A DNA stretch of 24,594 bases from Aulosira sp. ZfuVER01 (GTDB lineage Bacteria; Cyanobacteriota; Cyanobacteriia; Cyanobacteriales; Nostocaceae). The stretch is from positions 1-24,594 of the forward strand of contig JAVRCV020000029.1 in the NCBI GenBank assembly GCA_034530615.2, given 5' to 3'. Position 1 is the first letter of the stretch; each line of letters opens with the position of its first letter. The notes under the pieces were generated by a model. That model was not told where the DNA came from and did no database searches. It saw only the letters and a list, made by a program, of their open reading frames with translations. The translations under genes were made by a program, and so were the position numbers. Shown here piece by piece: positions 17,377-24,594 of the stretch.

Positions 17377-18216
17377 CTATAACTTCCCAGTAAAAACACG
17401 CTCTGCTGGGCCAGTCATATAAACTCGTTGGTCAACTTCTGACCATTCAATTTGCAAGGGGCCACCAGGTAGTTCCACGGTTGCTGTGCGATCGCATTTT
17501 TCGGTCAACACACCAGCTACCAAGGAAGCGCAAGCACCAGTACCACAAGCTAACGTAATACCCGCACCTCGTTCCCAAACCCGCATTTTTAGGTAGTTAC
17601 GGTTCACTACTTGAATAAATTCGGTATTTGTCCGTTGTGGGAAAACTGAGTGATGCTCAAATTTAGGGCCGATGGTTTCTAGGGGAATTGCAGCTACATC
17701 TTCCACAAAGGTAATACAGTGGGGATTGCCCATACTGACGCAGGTAACATCCCAAGTTTGCCCCGCCACCTCTAGCGGTTGATTAATTACTTTTGTATCC
17801 GCAGCACTCAAGGTAGTAGGAATTTCTCCAGCTAGTAATTTGGGCAAACCCATATCTACCTTCACTTGGCCATCAGCCATGAGTTGGGGTGTAATTACAC
17901 CTGCCAAGGTATGAATGCGATATAAATCTTGATTTCTGGATTCTCCCTCCAAATCAGCCAAAAACACACCTAAACAGCGAATACCATTACCGCACATTTC
18001 CGGTTCTGAACCATCAGAATTGAAAATCCGCATGGTGTAGTCAGTACCGTTTTCTCCCGGCAAAGCAAAAATCACACCATCAGCACCGATACCAAAGTGG
18101 CGATCGCACAACTCGATCGCTTGCTCTGGAGTCAGTACTGGCAAGGATGAAAAGCGATTATCAATGAGAATGAAGTCATTCCCCAAACCGTGATACTTAG
18201 TAAATTCGATTGCCAT
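17377..18216 (-). CDS. dapF: Diaminopimelate epimerase
   Basis: [30 protein letters not shown] and [13 protein letters not shown]. Confidence 0.98.
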   Translation of the reverse strand: MAIEFTKYHGLGNDFILIDNRFSSLPVLTPEQAIELCDRHFGIGADGVIFALPGENGTDYTMRIFNSDGSEPEMCGNGIRCLGVFLADLEGESRNQDLYRIHTLAGVITPQLMADGQVKVDMGLPKLLAGEIPTTLSAADTKVINQPLEVAGQTWDVTCVSMGNPHCITFVEDVAAIPLETIGPKFEHHSVFPQRTNTEFIQVVNRNYLKMRVWERGAGITLACGTGACASLVAGVLTEKCDRTATVELPGGPLQIEWSEVDQRVYMTGPAERVFTGKL

Positions 18217-18269
18217 TTACCCAAGGATGAATTATCAAAGATTAGTTACTGTTGATTATGAATGAGAAA

Positions 18270-18318
18270 TTGGGCATGGGGCATTGGGCACGGGGCAATG
18301 GGCAAAAGTCAAAAGTCA
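18270..18318. repeat. STRR-like tandem heptamers
   Basis: Five NNGGGCA units (TTGGGCA, TGGGGCA, TTGGGCA, CGGGGCA, ATGGGCA) followed by two AAAGTCA. Confidence 0.85.
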
Positions 18319-18325
18319 TTCTTAC

Positions 18326-18405
18326 AAAGTTCTGAGCGGAGGAAACCTCCGCAGCCCACTTGCTTTGCGACGCAGGGCGACAGGAACGCAAGTGACTCAA
18401 ACTTT
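18326..18405. repeat. Nested small dispersed hairpin repeats
   Basis: Outer hairpin AAAGTTCTGAGCGGAGG-AAA-CCTCCGC...TCAAACTTT is interrupted by about 44 nt carrying its own IR CACTTGC...GCAAGTG. Confidence 0.65.
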
Positions 18406-18420
18406 GTGCTTTGTCATTTC

Positions 18421-18452
18421 CCCACGTCCCCGCGTCTCCACGTCACCTTGTC
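18421..18452. repeat. Tandem octamer repeats
   Basis: CCCACGTC CCCGCGTC TCCACGTC ACCTTGTC. Confidence 0.7.
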
Positions 18453-18493
18453 CTCCTTCCAGTCCCCAAACTCTTATTAAAACATTCTGCCTT

Positions 18494-18730
18494 ATGCATA
18501 CATCATCACCAAAAACGCTTACAGAATTCGATACTTCACTGCCCAGCATTCGGCAAGTGCAAAACCTGATTAAACAAACAGCAGTAGTAGATTTCAAACT
18601 GGTGACGGGCGATTTACTTACGGGTAGAGTCATCTGGCAAGACCCAAACTGTGTATGTATTGTGGATGAAAACAGCCAGCAAATGACAGTTTGGAAGCAG
18701 GCGATCGCCTACATCAAACCGAAAAGTTAG
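18494..18730 (+). CDS. hfq: Cyanobacterial Hfq (Sm-like) protein
   Basis: EFDTSLPSIRQVQNLIK...KLVTGD.LTG.V.WQD...VWKQAIAYI. Divergent from dapF, as is usual in cyanobacteria. The start is uncertain; ATG 18494 was chosen. Confidence 0.9.
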   Translation: MHTSSPKTLTEFDTSLPSIRQVQNLIKQTAVVDFKLVTGDLLTGRVIWQDPNCVCIVDENSQQMTVWKQAIAYIKPKS

Positions 18731-18787
18731 GCTGGCTAAGATTCTTCAAGTCTGGGTCGTCAGCCTATGTTCGTATAGCCGCGCCTT

Positions 18788-21124
18788 TTAAGGTGTCGGC
18801 TTATCTACAGGCAGAAATTCTTTTAGGGCTTCTGTCTCACCAGCTTTGACTATAGGCAGAGATAGCGGTACTGCGTCAGGTGCAGCAAACAAATGTTGTA
18901 GTTGATTCAGACTTGCCAAGCCACCGCATAACAATACTTGATCGCCAATTCGCAAGTCCATTTTGCCATCAGGTGAGCGAATAAACTTACCATCGCGCCG
19001 GATTGCCTCTACTTTTACGCCATGTTTGTCACTAATATCTAAATCTGTAAGAGTTTTACCTAAGACTGGAGTATCTTTGTTAATTGTCGTCCACTGACAA
19101 GCGCTATTTTCTCCAGGAACTGCTGTTCTACCAACGGCAAATTCAGCCAAAGCTGCTAGTTCTTCGTCTGCTCCTACTACCAGCAAGCGATCGCCTTCTT
19201 CTAAGCGGGTTTGATTATCGGGATAGTCTATTTCTTCGCCGTTAGCGCGGCGAATTGCCATTAAACTCACCCCAATTAAGTAACGCATATCTGCTTCTTC
19301 TAAGCTCATGCCAATTAGGGGTGAACCAGATGGTAGGGGATACCAGCGCCGATTCAAATCGCGAGTTGCTTGCTGTAGATCGCGAGAAACTTCAGATGCA
19401 GAACGTTCTGGCCGCAAGTCTAAATAATGATCTTTGCGAATTTGCTGCATTTCGCGTTGTACGACTGCTGGTGGCAAATCTAAACCTGTTAATAAATGGG
19501 TTGCCATTTCTAAACTAGCTTCAAACTCTGGTTGCACCACTTCCTTTGCTCCCAGTTGATAAAGCACTTCAATATTTTTATCTTGGGTAGCGCGGACAAC
19601 CAAATCTAATTCTGGGCATAATTCCAAAGCGCGTTTTAGACAAAGACGGGTACTCATGGGATCGGGGAGTGCGATCGCCATTCCTTTGGCACGGTTAACA
19701 CCAGCAGTTTCTAAAACGTGAAAACTCACGCAATTGCCGTATACATAAGGAACTCCAGCATCACGTAATTTCTGAATTCTACTTTCCGATTGGTCTATGA
19801 CTACCACAGGTAGCTTGTGTTGCTGCAACAACTTAACTAAATTTTTGCCCACTCGCCCGTAACCACAAACTACTACGTGGTCTTTCAATGGCAAATCGTC
19901 TGAGACATCACGCGGCTGAACTTCTTCTAAATAAGGTTTCAGCCAAGGCATGGATTCCGCCAAAGTAAATAAAAATGGCACCAAACGTAGAACAAACGGG
20001 GTTAGTACAAGTGTTACTGCTGTAGTTCCTAAAATCAGTAAATACACTGTGCGAGAAACTAAACCTAACGCCTGCCCTTCACTGGCAAGTACAAAGGAAA
20101 ATTCTCCAATCTGAGCCAGTCCTAGCCCCGCAATTAAAGCTGTTTTCAAAGGATAGCGGAACAGTTTTACCAAGGGTGTAATAATCAAAAACTTCCCCAC
20201 GAAAACTATTGCTACCAAACCTAAAATTAATTCCAGGTTTTTCCACAAAAATACTGGGTCAATTAACATCCCAATGGATGCAAAAAACAAACTGGCAAAG
20301 ATATCTCGTAGTGGCTCAACATAGGTCAAAGTTTGGTCGGCGTATTCCACCTCGGAAATCATCAACCCAGCGACAAACGCCCCCATTTCAATCGAAAGCC
20401 CTAAATACTCTGTCAACAGGGCAATCCCTAAGCACAGTGCCACTACACCTAATAAAAATAGCTCTTTGCTTTCAGTACGCGCTAGCAGTCGCAACAACGG
20501 CGGGATTAACCAAATTCCTGCGACGACTGCACCAGCCGCAAATAAGCCAATTCGTACCAACGCTGTGACTACTGCTACACCAATCGCTTCACCGGGTTCA
20601 TGCAAGGCTGGTAAGACTGCTAGCATTAGTCCCAATGCCAAGTCCTGTACTACCAAAATACCTAGCATCACCTGTCCGTGGGGTGTTTCTGTTTCATTGC
20701 TTTCCATTAAGCATTTGAGGACAACTGCGGTTGAAGATAAAGACAGAATTGACCCCAAAAACACGCCTTTAGCAGGTAAGGCCCCCCAAGCTCCGGTGAC
20801 ACCACAAACCACAACCGTGATCAAAATCGTCAGCGCAATTTGTAGTCCTCCGCCACCAAGAGCGATCGCCTTTACCTTCTTGAGTTCTGCAAAGGAAAAT
20901 TCTACGCCCAAGGCAAATAGCAAAAAAGCGACCCCAAACTGAGCCAGAGTCTCTACTTGAATAACTTCTTTAATCAATCCCAGCCCCGCAGGCCCCACAA
21001 CCATCCCACCGATGAGATACCCAAGCAATACTGGTTGTCGTAACAGCGCCGCAAACAGTCCGCCACAGGCTGCGACGGCGAGAACTGAAACTAAATCAAC
21101 AATTAACCTAAAATCTTCTTGCAC
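18788..21124 (-). CDS. CPA2/Kef-type cation:proton antiporter with TrkA-N and two TrkA-C (RCK) domains
   Basis: Multi-TM region with LSSTAVV, VVQDL and LAQIGEFSFVL. HVVVCGYGRVG Rossmann motif, then two TrkA-C repeats. Confidence 0.93.
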   Translation of the reverse strand: MQEDFRLIVDLVSVLAVAACGGLFAALLRQPVLLGYLIGGMVVGPAGLGLIKEVIQVETLAQFGVAFLLFALGVEFSFAELKKVKAIALGGGGLQIALTILITVVVCGVTGAWGALPAKGVFLGSILSLSSTAVVLKCLMESNETETPHGQVMLGILVVQDLALGLMLAVLPALHEPGEAIGVAVVTALVRIGLFAAGAVVAGIWLIPPLLRLLARTESKELFLLGVVALCLGIALLTEYLGLSIEMGAFVAGLMISEVEYADQTLTYVEPLRDIFASLFFASIGMLIDPVFLWKNLELILGLVAIVFVGKFLIITPLVKLFRYPLKTALIAGLGLAQIGEFSFVLASEGQALGLVSRTVYLLILGTTAVTLVLTPFVLRLVPFLFTLAESMPWLKPYLEEVQPRDVSDDLPLKDHVVVCGYGRVGKNLVKLLQQHKLPVVVIDQSESRIQKLRDAGVPYVYGNCVSFHVLETAGVNRAKGMAIALPDPMSTRLCLKRALELCPELDLVVRATQDKNIEVLYQLGAKEVVQPEFEASLEMATHLLTGLDLPPAVVQREMQQIRKDHYLDLRPERSASEVSRDLQQATRDLNRRWYPLPSGSPLIGMSLEEADMRYLIGVSLMAIRRANGEEIDYPDNQTRLEEGDRLLVVGADEELAALAEFAVGRTAVPGENSACQWTTINKDTPVLGKTLTDLDISDKHGVKVEAIRRDGKFIRSPDGKMDLRIGDQVLLCGGLASLNQLQHLFAAPDAVPLSLPIVKAGETEALKEFLPVDKPTP

Positions 21125-21319
21125 CAGTTTTAAAAAGAACTATTAAGACCTATTAACCTCAGCATACAAATTTTTATATATCTTCGCTCAGGTTATTGGT
21201 GCAAGGAAGACAAAATTTGCAGATTTATCGCTAAATATTTATATAGCTAGGTAACAGGGATGAGGAAGCAGGGGTGCAAGGTGACAAAGGACAAATGACT
21301 TTTGACTCTTCTTGAATAC

Positions 21320-21353
21320 AAAAAAGCATAAGCGTGCCATTAAAGCACGCTTA
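21320..21353 (-). terminator. Probable intrinsic terminator of the thrC-like/moaD-like operon
   Basis: 9-bp stem TAAGCGTGC/GCACGCTTA with a 7-nt loop, followed on the minus strand by TGCTTTTTT. Confidence 0.55.
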
Positions 21354-21389
21354 AAGATGTATATTTAACAAATTTATAACTTCTCTCTA

Positions 21390-21665
21390 TCAACCACCTG
21401 CAACAGCGGGGACAATACTGACTTCATCACCATCTTTAAGAGGGGTACTTGTCCCATCTAAAAAGCGAATATCCTCACTATTGACATACAAATTCAAAAA
21501 TCGCCGTGGCTTTCCTTCTTCATCGCATAAGCGTGATTTAATACCAGGACAGCTATCCTCTAAGGAATCGAACAATTCCGCAATCGTACTGCCGCTACAT
21601 TCTAGCGTAGCTTGGTTATTGGTAAATTTCTGAAGAGCCGTGGGAACTAAAACTGTTACAGACAT
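21390..21665 (-). CDS. MoaD/ThiS-family ubiquitin-like sulfur-carrier protein
   Basis: 91 aa, [29 protein letters not shown] with C-terminal Gly-Gly. Confidence 0.93.
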   Translation of the reverse strand: MSVTVLVPTALQKFTNNQATLECSGSTIAELFDSLEDSCPGIKSRLCDEEGKPRRFLNLYVNSEDIRFLDGTSTPLKDGDEVSIVPAVAGG

Positions 21666-21671
21666 AGTTGG

Positions 21672-21792
21672 AGTATGAAGTGTGAAATATGAAGTATTTA
21701 GGGCGAAGCCCTAACAGTTCCCTCGTTCGCGTTATTGTCTCCGCAGGAGAAGAGGGTTCTCGCAAGGTAGGGTAGTGTGAAGTATGAAGTGT
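21672..21792. repeat. Heptamer run interrupted by a cassette of small hairpins
   Basis: AGTATGA/AGTGTGA/AATATGA units flank the hairpins TTAGGGC-GAA-GCCCTAA (21698-21714) and TCTCC-GCA-GGAGA (21738-21750). Confidence 0.7.
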
Positions 21793-21829
21793 TTAGTTTT
21801 GCAACCTTCAGCCTTCACCCTTTATCCTT

Positions 21830-23134
21830 TTAGACGAGTACTTGCTGCCATTCCAAACGATCAAGAGTACGTGAACGCTCTAATGCGCGTTCAAAACTAT
21901 CGAGTTTGGCATCAATTGTCAAAGGTTCGCCAATGTAGCCATGAAGTGCTTCTTGGGTTTTCAGACCATTGCCAGTGATGTATACCACAGTAGTTTCATC
22001 TGGATCAATTTTGCCAGCTTCTACCAATTTTTTCAGCACAGCAACGGTTGTACCACCAGCTGTTTCCGTAAAAATGCCTTCAGTTTCTGCTAGCAGTTTG
22101 ATACCTTCAATAATTTCTGCATCATTGACTGATTCAATATTACCGTTTGTTTTCTTAGCTATCTCTACAGCATAAACACCATCTGCTGGGTTGCCGATCG
22201 CAATCGATTTAGCAATAGTATTTGGTTTGACTGGTGTAATGAAATCACGTCCTTCTTTATATGCTTGAGCGATGGGAGAACAACCCTCAGCTTGCGCCCC
22301 GCTAAAACGAACATCTTTGGCTTCTACCAAACCAACTTCTACAAATTCTTTGAATCCCTTATAAATTTTTGTAAATAGGGAACCAGATGCGAGAGGTGCG
22401 ACGATGTGGTCGGGTAATTCCCAACCTAATTGTTCAGCAACTTCAAAGCCTAGAGTCTTAGAACCTTCAGAGTAGTATGGGCGGAGATTAATATTTACAA
22501 AACCCCAACCATGTGTATTTGCTACTTCCGAACAAAGACGATTTACCTGATCGTAATTGCCCTTCACAGCCATTAATGTAGGACTGTAGATCAGGCTACC
22601 CATAACTTTCCCAGCTTCCAAATCTGCGGGGATAAACACACAGCAATCTAAGCCTGCGTGAGCTGCGATCGCTGCTGTAGAATTTGCTAAGTTACCAGTG
22701 CTAGCACAAGAAACAGTAGTGAAACCCAACTCTCTGGCTCTAGTTAAAGCAACTGAAACCACCCGGTCTTTAAAGCTGAGGGTGGGCATATTGACAGCAT
22801 CGTTTTTAATATAAAGCTTATTTAAACCCAGACGACGAGCTAGACGGTGAGAACGAACCAGAGGTGTCATCCCAGTTCCCACATCTATAACATTGTCAGT
22901 TGCGACAGGCAAAAAGGGACGGTAACGCCAAATAGAATTAGGTCCAGCTTGAATTTTTTCACGAGTGACAGAATTACGCAGAGCGTTGTAGTCATACTTG
23001 ACTTCTAAAGGGCCAAAGCATAACTCACAAACATGGTTGGCTTTCAGTTCGTATTCCTCACCACATTCCTTACACTTCAAGGCTTGAAAAGAAATAGTGG
23101 CTGCTTCGGTGAGTGCGGATTTTGTCTGAGTCAT
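21830..23134 (-). CDS. thrC: Threonine synthase-like PLP enzyme (fold type II) with N-terminal CxxC/CxxC motif
   Basis: PTLSFKDR PLP-lysine motif, CASTGN, NLRPYYSEGSKT and ITGNGLK; N-terminal CKEC...CELC. The family is secure but the substrate is not. Confidence 0.85.
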   Translation of the reverse strand: MTQTKSALTEAATISFQALKCKECGEEYELKANHVCELCFGPLEVKYDYNALRNSVTREKIQAGPNSIWRYRPFLPVATDNVIDVGTGMTPLVRSHRLARRLGLNKLYIKNDAVNMPTLSFKDRVVSVALTRARELGFTTVSCASTGNLANSTAAIAAHAGLDCCVFIPADLEAGKVMGSLIYSPTLMAVKGNYDQVNRLCSEVANTHGWGFVNINLRPYYSEGSKTLGFEVAEQLGWELPDHIVAPLASGSLFTKIYKGFKEFVEVGLVEAKDVRFSGAQAEGCSPIAQAYKEGRDFITPVKPNTIAKSIAIGNPADGVYAVEIAKKTNGNIESVNDAEIIEGIKLLAETEGIFTETAGGTTVAVLKKLVEAGKIDPDETTVVYITGNGLKTQEALHGYIGEPLTIDAKLDSFERALERSRTLDRLEWQQVLV

Positions 23135-23172
23135 AAACCTAGCTTCCCTGTTTGTCTGTCAACTGTCGCCTG

Positions 23173-23201
23173 ATAGTAACACGAGTAGAAATACCAGTCA
23201 A
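23173..23201 (-). promoter_or_regulatory. Sigma70-type promoter of the thrC-like gene
   Basis: Minus strand reads TTGACT, 17-nt spacer, TACTAT, with a TGn extension, about 38 nt upstream of the ATG. Confidence 0.65.
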
Positions 23202-23203
23202 AC

Positions 23204-23228
23204 ATATCCGACTATTTTTGTCGGGTAT
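23204..23228. promoter_or_regulatory. Rrf2-family (IscR type 1-like) palindromic operator
   Basis: ATATCCGACTATTTTTGTCGGGTAT matches 23 of 25 positions of the IscR type 1 consensus as I recall it (ATASYYGACTRWWWYAGTCRRSTAT). It sits 2 nt upstream of the -35 box. Confidence 0.6.
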
Positions 23229-23379
23229 TGTTAGTTTGTCAAAAAATTTGCAAATCGCCAGAAACTTGCAGTGGCTTGTCAAAGACATTGCTTTCAAGTT
23301 TCCTTGGCTGGAGGAGCGATCGCTTTTGATATGTCTACGCCAAAAACCGCCAACTCTCCTGAAAATTGGCAATGGGAAA

Positions 23380-23961
23380 TCTTATATCTTGCACCTGGAA
23401 ATTTTGATGTCAATTCCATGACTAAGTGCCAAGTTTCTCAGACGTTCAATGTCTTGTAAAAGAAGTAACAGCACTAATTGTGGAAAGATAATTTGGAATA
23501 CAATTTCTGCGGCTTGTCCCCAATTGGGTAAATTTGTAGATGCAATTGTTGTAGATAAGTAAGCCCAATGGGCCAAGATGTAGGCGAGCAAAGACAGTAT
23601 CAACCAACGGTAAACGCCTAAGAGTGTTCCTTGTCCAAAACGGTGTAAACCAAAACGGTGTTTGGCAGTTTTAAACCAACCTTCTATCTGCCATCGTCGT
23701 TTACCCCACCAAGAAATGGTGCTGGATTTGAGAGCTTTAGTAGACAAGACAAAGCGTTTTTCATATTTGCCATCATCACGCTTGAAATAGTACCAAGATA
23801 GATAAACAGGAAACTTTAAACCTCGAAGACGCAAGTGTTGTCCGCGTTTATGTAGTTGAGAAAGGCTGTATCCCGAAGTTAATTGCTGCGTCCTGGCGAT
23901 ACCAGCAATGACGTGATATTTGAGCTTTCGCACACCATGTAGAAATTCCACACTGCCGAAA
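23380..23961 (-). mobile_element. 5'-truncated DDE transposase remnant (IS701/IS4-like)
   Basis: KRFVLSTK and RRWQIEGWFKTAKHRFGL (R-W-x-I-E...K signature). The frame is closed by a stop at 23969, so only about 190 C-terminal residues remain. Confidence 0.8.
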
Positions 23962-24374
23962 AGTAATTAAACCAGTTCTACTAGTTAAGCCAAACACTTG
24001 AAGAACCTCAGGCAGCCCTTAAGAATGCCCTTTTTGACTAGGCATGGCTTGGTGACTTAACCATGACTCTGAATAAACTTAGGAAATTAGCTCTATATGA
24101 GCAGTAGTTTTACGGCAAAAAATCTGAGAATGTGAGATACTAACTACCTTCTGCCAAAAATCGCTAAAACTGTCCGTATTACTGCTGTATTTAATCTTTA
24201 GCCTTGCTTAATCGTGGCGATAGTCAAATCAAACTCTCGTAATCATCTCAATGTATAAATTTGAGAATTAACTGATCGCACTGATCCTAAACTATGGTGA
24301 TTGTCGGTGATGCTTGGTAACGCTATAAAACCTAATGACAGGAATTGAACGCACAATAAAGTAATCTTAACAAT

Positions 24375-24412
24375 ACAAAAGCCCCTGCAAAATTACATGG
24401 AGGGGCTTTTGT
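24375..24412 (-). terminator. rRNA-operon-type terminator, copy 1
   Basis: 12-bp stem ACAAAAGCCCCT/AGGGGCTTTTGT just 3' of the 5S sequence. Confidence 0.8.
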
Positions 24413-24422
24413 GAGATTATAA

Positions 24423-24487
24423 ACCTGGCATCGAGCTATTGTGGCGGGAGGCAACCCTCCAACTATCGTGGCCGCAGCAGCGTTTCA
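24423..24487 (-). pseudogene. rrf: 5S rRNA fragment (3' half only)
   Basis: Minus strand reads TGAAACGCTGCTGCGGCCACGATAGTTGGAGGGTTGCCTCCCGCCACAATAGCTCGATGCCAGGT, the 3' ~65 nt of a cyanobacterial 5S rRNA. The 5' half (GAACCAC...CCGAAC) is absent. Confidence 0.88.
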
Positions 24488-24537
24488 ATAAAACCTAATG
24501 ACAGGAATTGAACGCACAATAAAGTAATCTTAACAAT

Positions 24538-24575
24538 ACAAAAGCCCCTGCAAAATTACATGGAGGGGCTTTTGT
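24538..24575 (-). terminator. rRNA-operon-type terminator, copy 2
   Basis: Identical to 24375..24412. Confidence 0.8.
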
Positions 24576-24585
24576 GAGATTATAA

Positions 24586-24594
24586 ACCTGGCAT
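24586..24594 (-). rRNA. rrf: Extreme 3' end of a further 5S rRNA copy, running out of the window
   Basis: ACCTGGCAT in the same context as 24423..24431. Whether this copy is complete cannot be seen. Confidence 0.55.

Larger units (their letters stand above)
614..23322. repeat. HIP1 octamer GCGATCGC, dispersed
   Basis: About 30 copies by manual count, against fewer than one expected by chance. None seen in the transposase remnant or the NucS-like gene. Confidence 0.95.
24325..24594. repeat. Tandem direct duplication, 163-bp period
   Basis: 24325..24431 is identical to 24488..24594; the second copy is cut by the window end. Confidence 0.95.

Noticed and set aside
18262..18633. ORFs 18262..18480 and 18397..18633, and the 148-aa extended Hfq frame from 18284
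   Set aside because: These are translations of repeat arrays or the antisense of hfq. Only the C-terminal ~78 aa is Hfq-like.
13470..22175. Small antisense or alternate-frame ORFs within the kinase, glycosylase, DUF4058, antiporter and thrC-like genes
   Set aside because: They overlap long conserved CDSs and have no independent support.
23135..23380. SAM or Moco riboswitch upstream of the thrC-like gene, and ORFs 23139..23459
   Set aside because: The predicted promoter leaves only about 30 nt of leader and I see no riboswitch consensus. The ORFs overlap the promoter and IS end and lack motifs.
24325..24594. CRISPR array
   Set aside because: The repeat unit is at least 107 bp, the intervening sequence is 5S rRNA, and there are no cas genes in the window.

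Overview
AT-rich chromosomal window from a cyanobacterium, most likely a heterocyst-forming Nostocales strain. The evidence is about 30 HIP1 octamers (GCGATCGC, manual count), STRR-like heptamer repeats, the dapF-hfq arrangement and a cyanobacterial-type 5S rRNA 3' end. Left to right it holds: (1) a receiver-only OmpR-type regulator coupled to a HAMP histidine kinase, then a redox cluster (NDH-2-like flavoprotein, DoxX, GMC oxidoreductase, peroxiredoxin-like protein); (2) a GDSL esterase, a DUF89/ARMT1 phosphatase and DUF2795; (3) two tandem paralogous PAS histidine kinases, one with a degenerate ATP-binding domain (pseudokinase); (4) a decayed NucS-like gene, an AlkA-like glycosylase and DUF4058; (5) dapF, hfq and a Kef-type antiporter; (6) a threonine-synthase-like PLP enzyme plus a MoaD/ThiS sulfur carrier, under a promoter carrying an IscR/Rrf2-like operator; (7) a truncated DDE transposase; (8) a 163-bp tandem duplication containing the 3' half of 5S rRNA and its terminator. 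The best candidates for under-described biology are the ThrC-like/sulfur-carrier operon with its Rrf2-type site, the kinase/pseudokinase pair, and the output-less two-component system beside the redox cluster. All family calls come from motif recognition by eye; no database searches were run.
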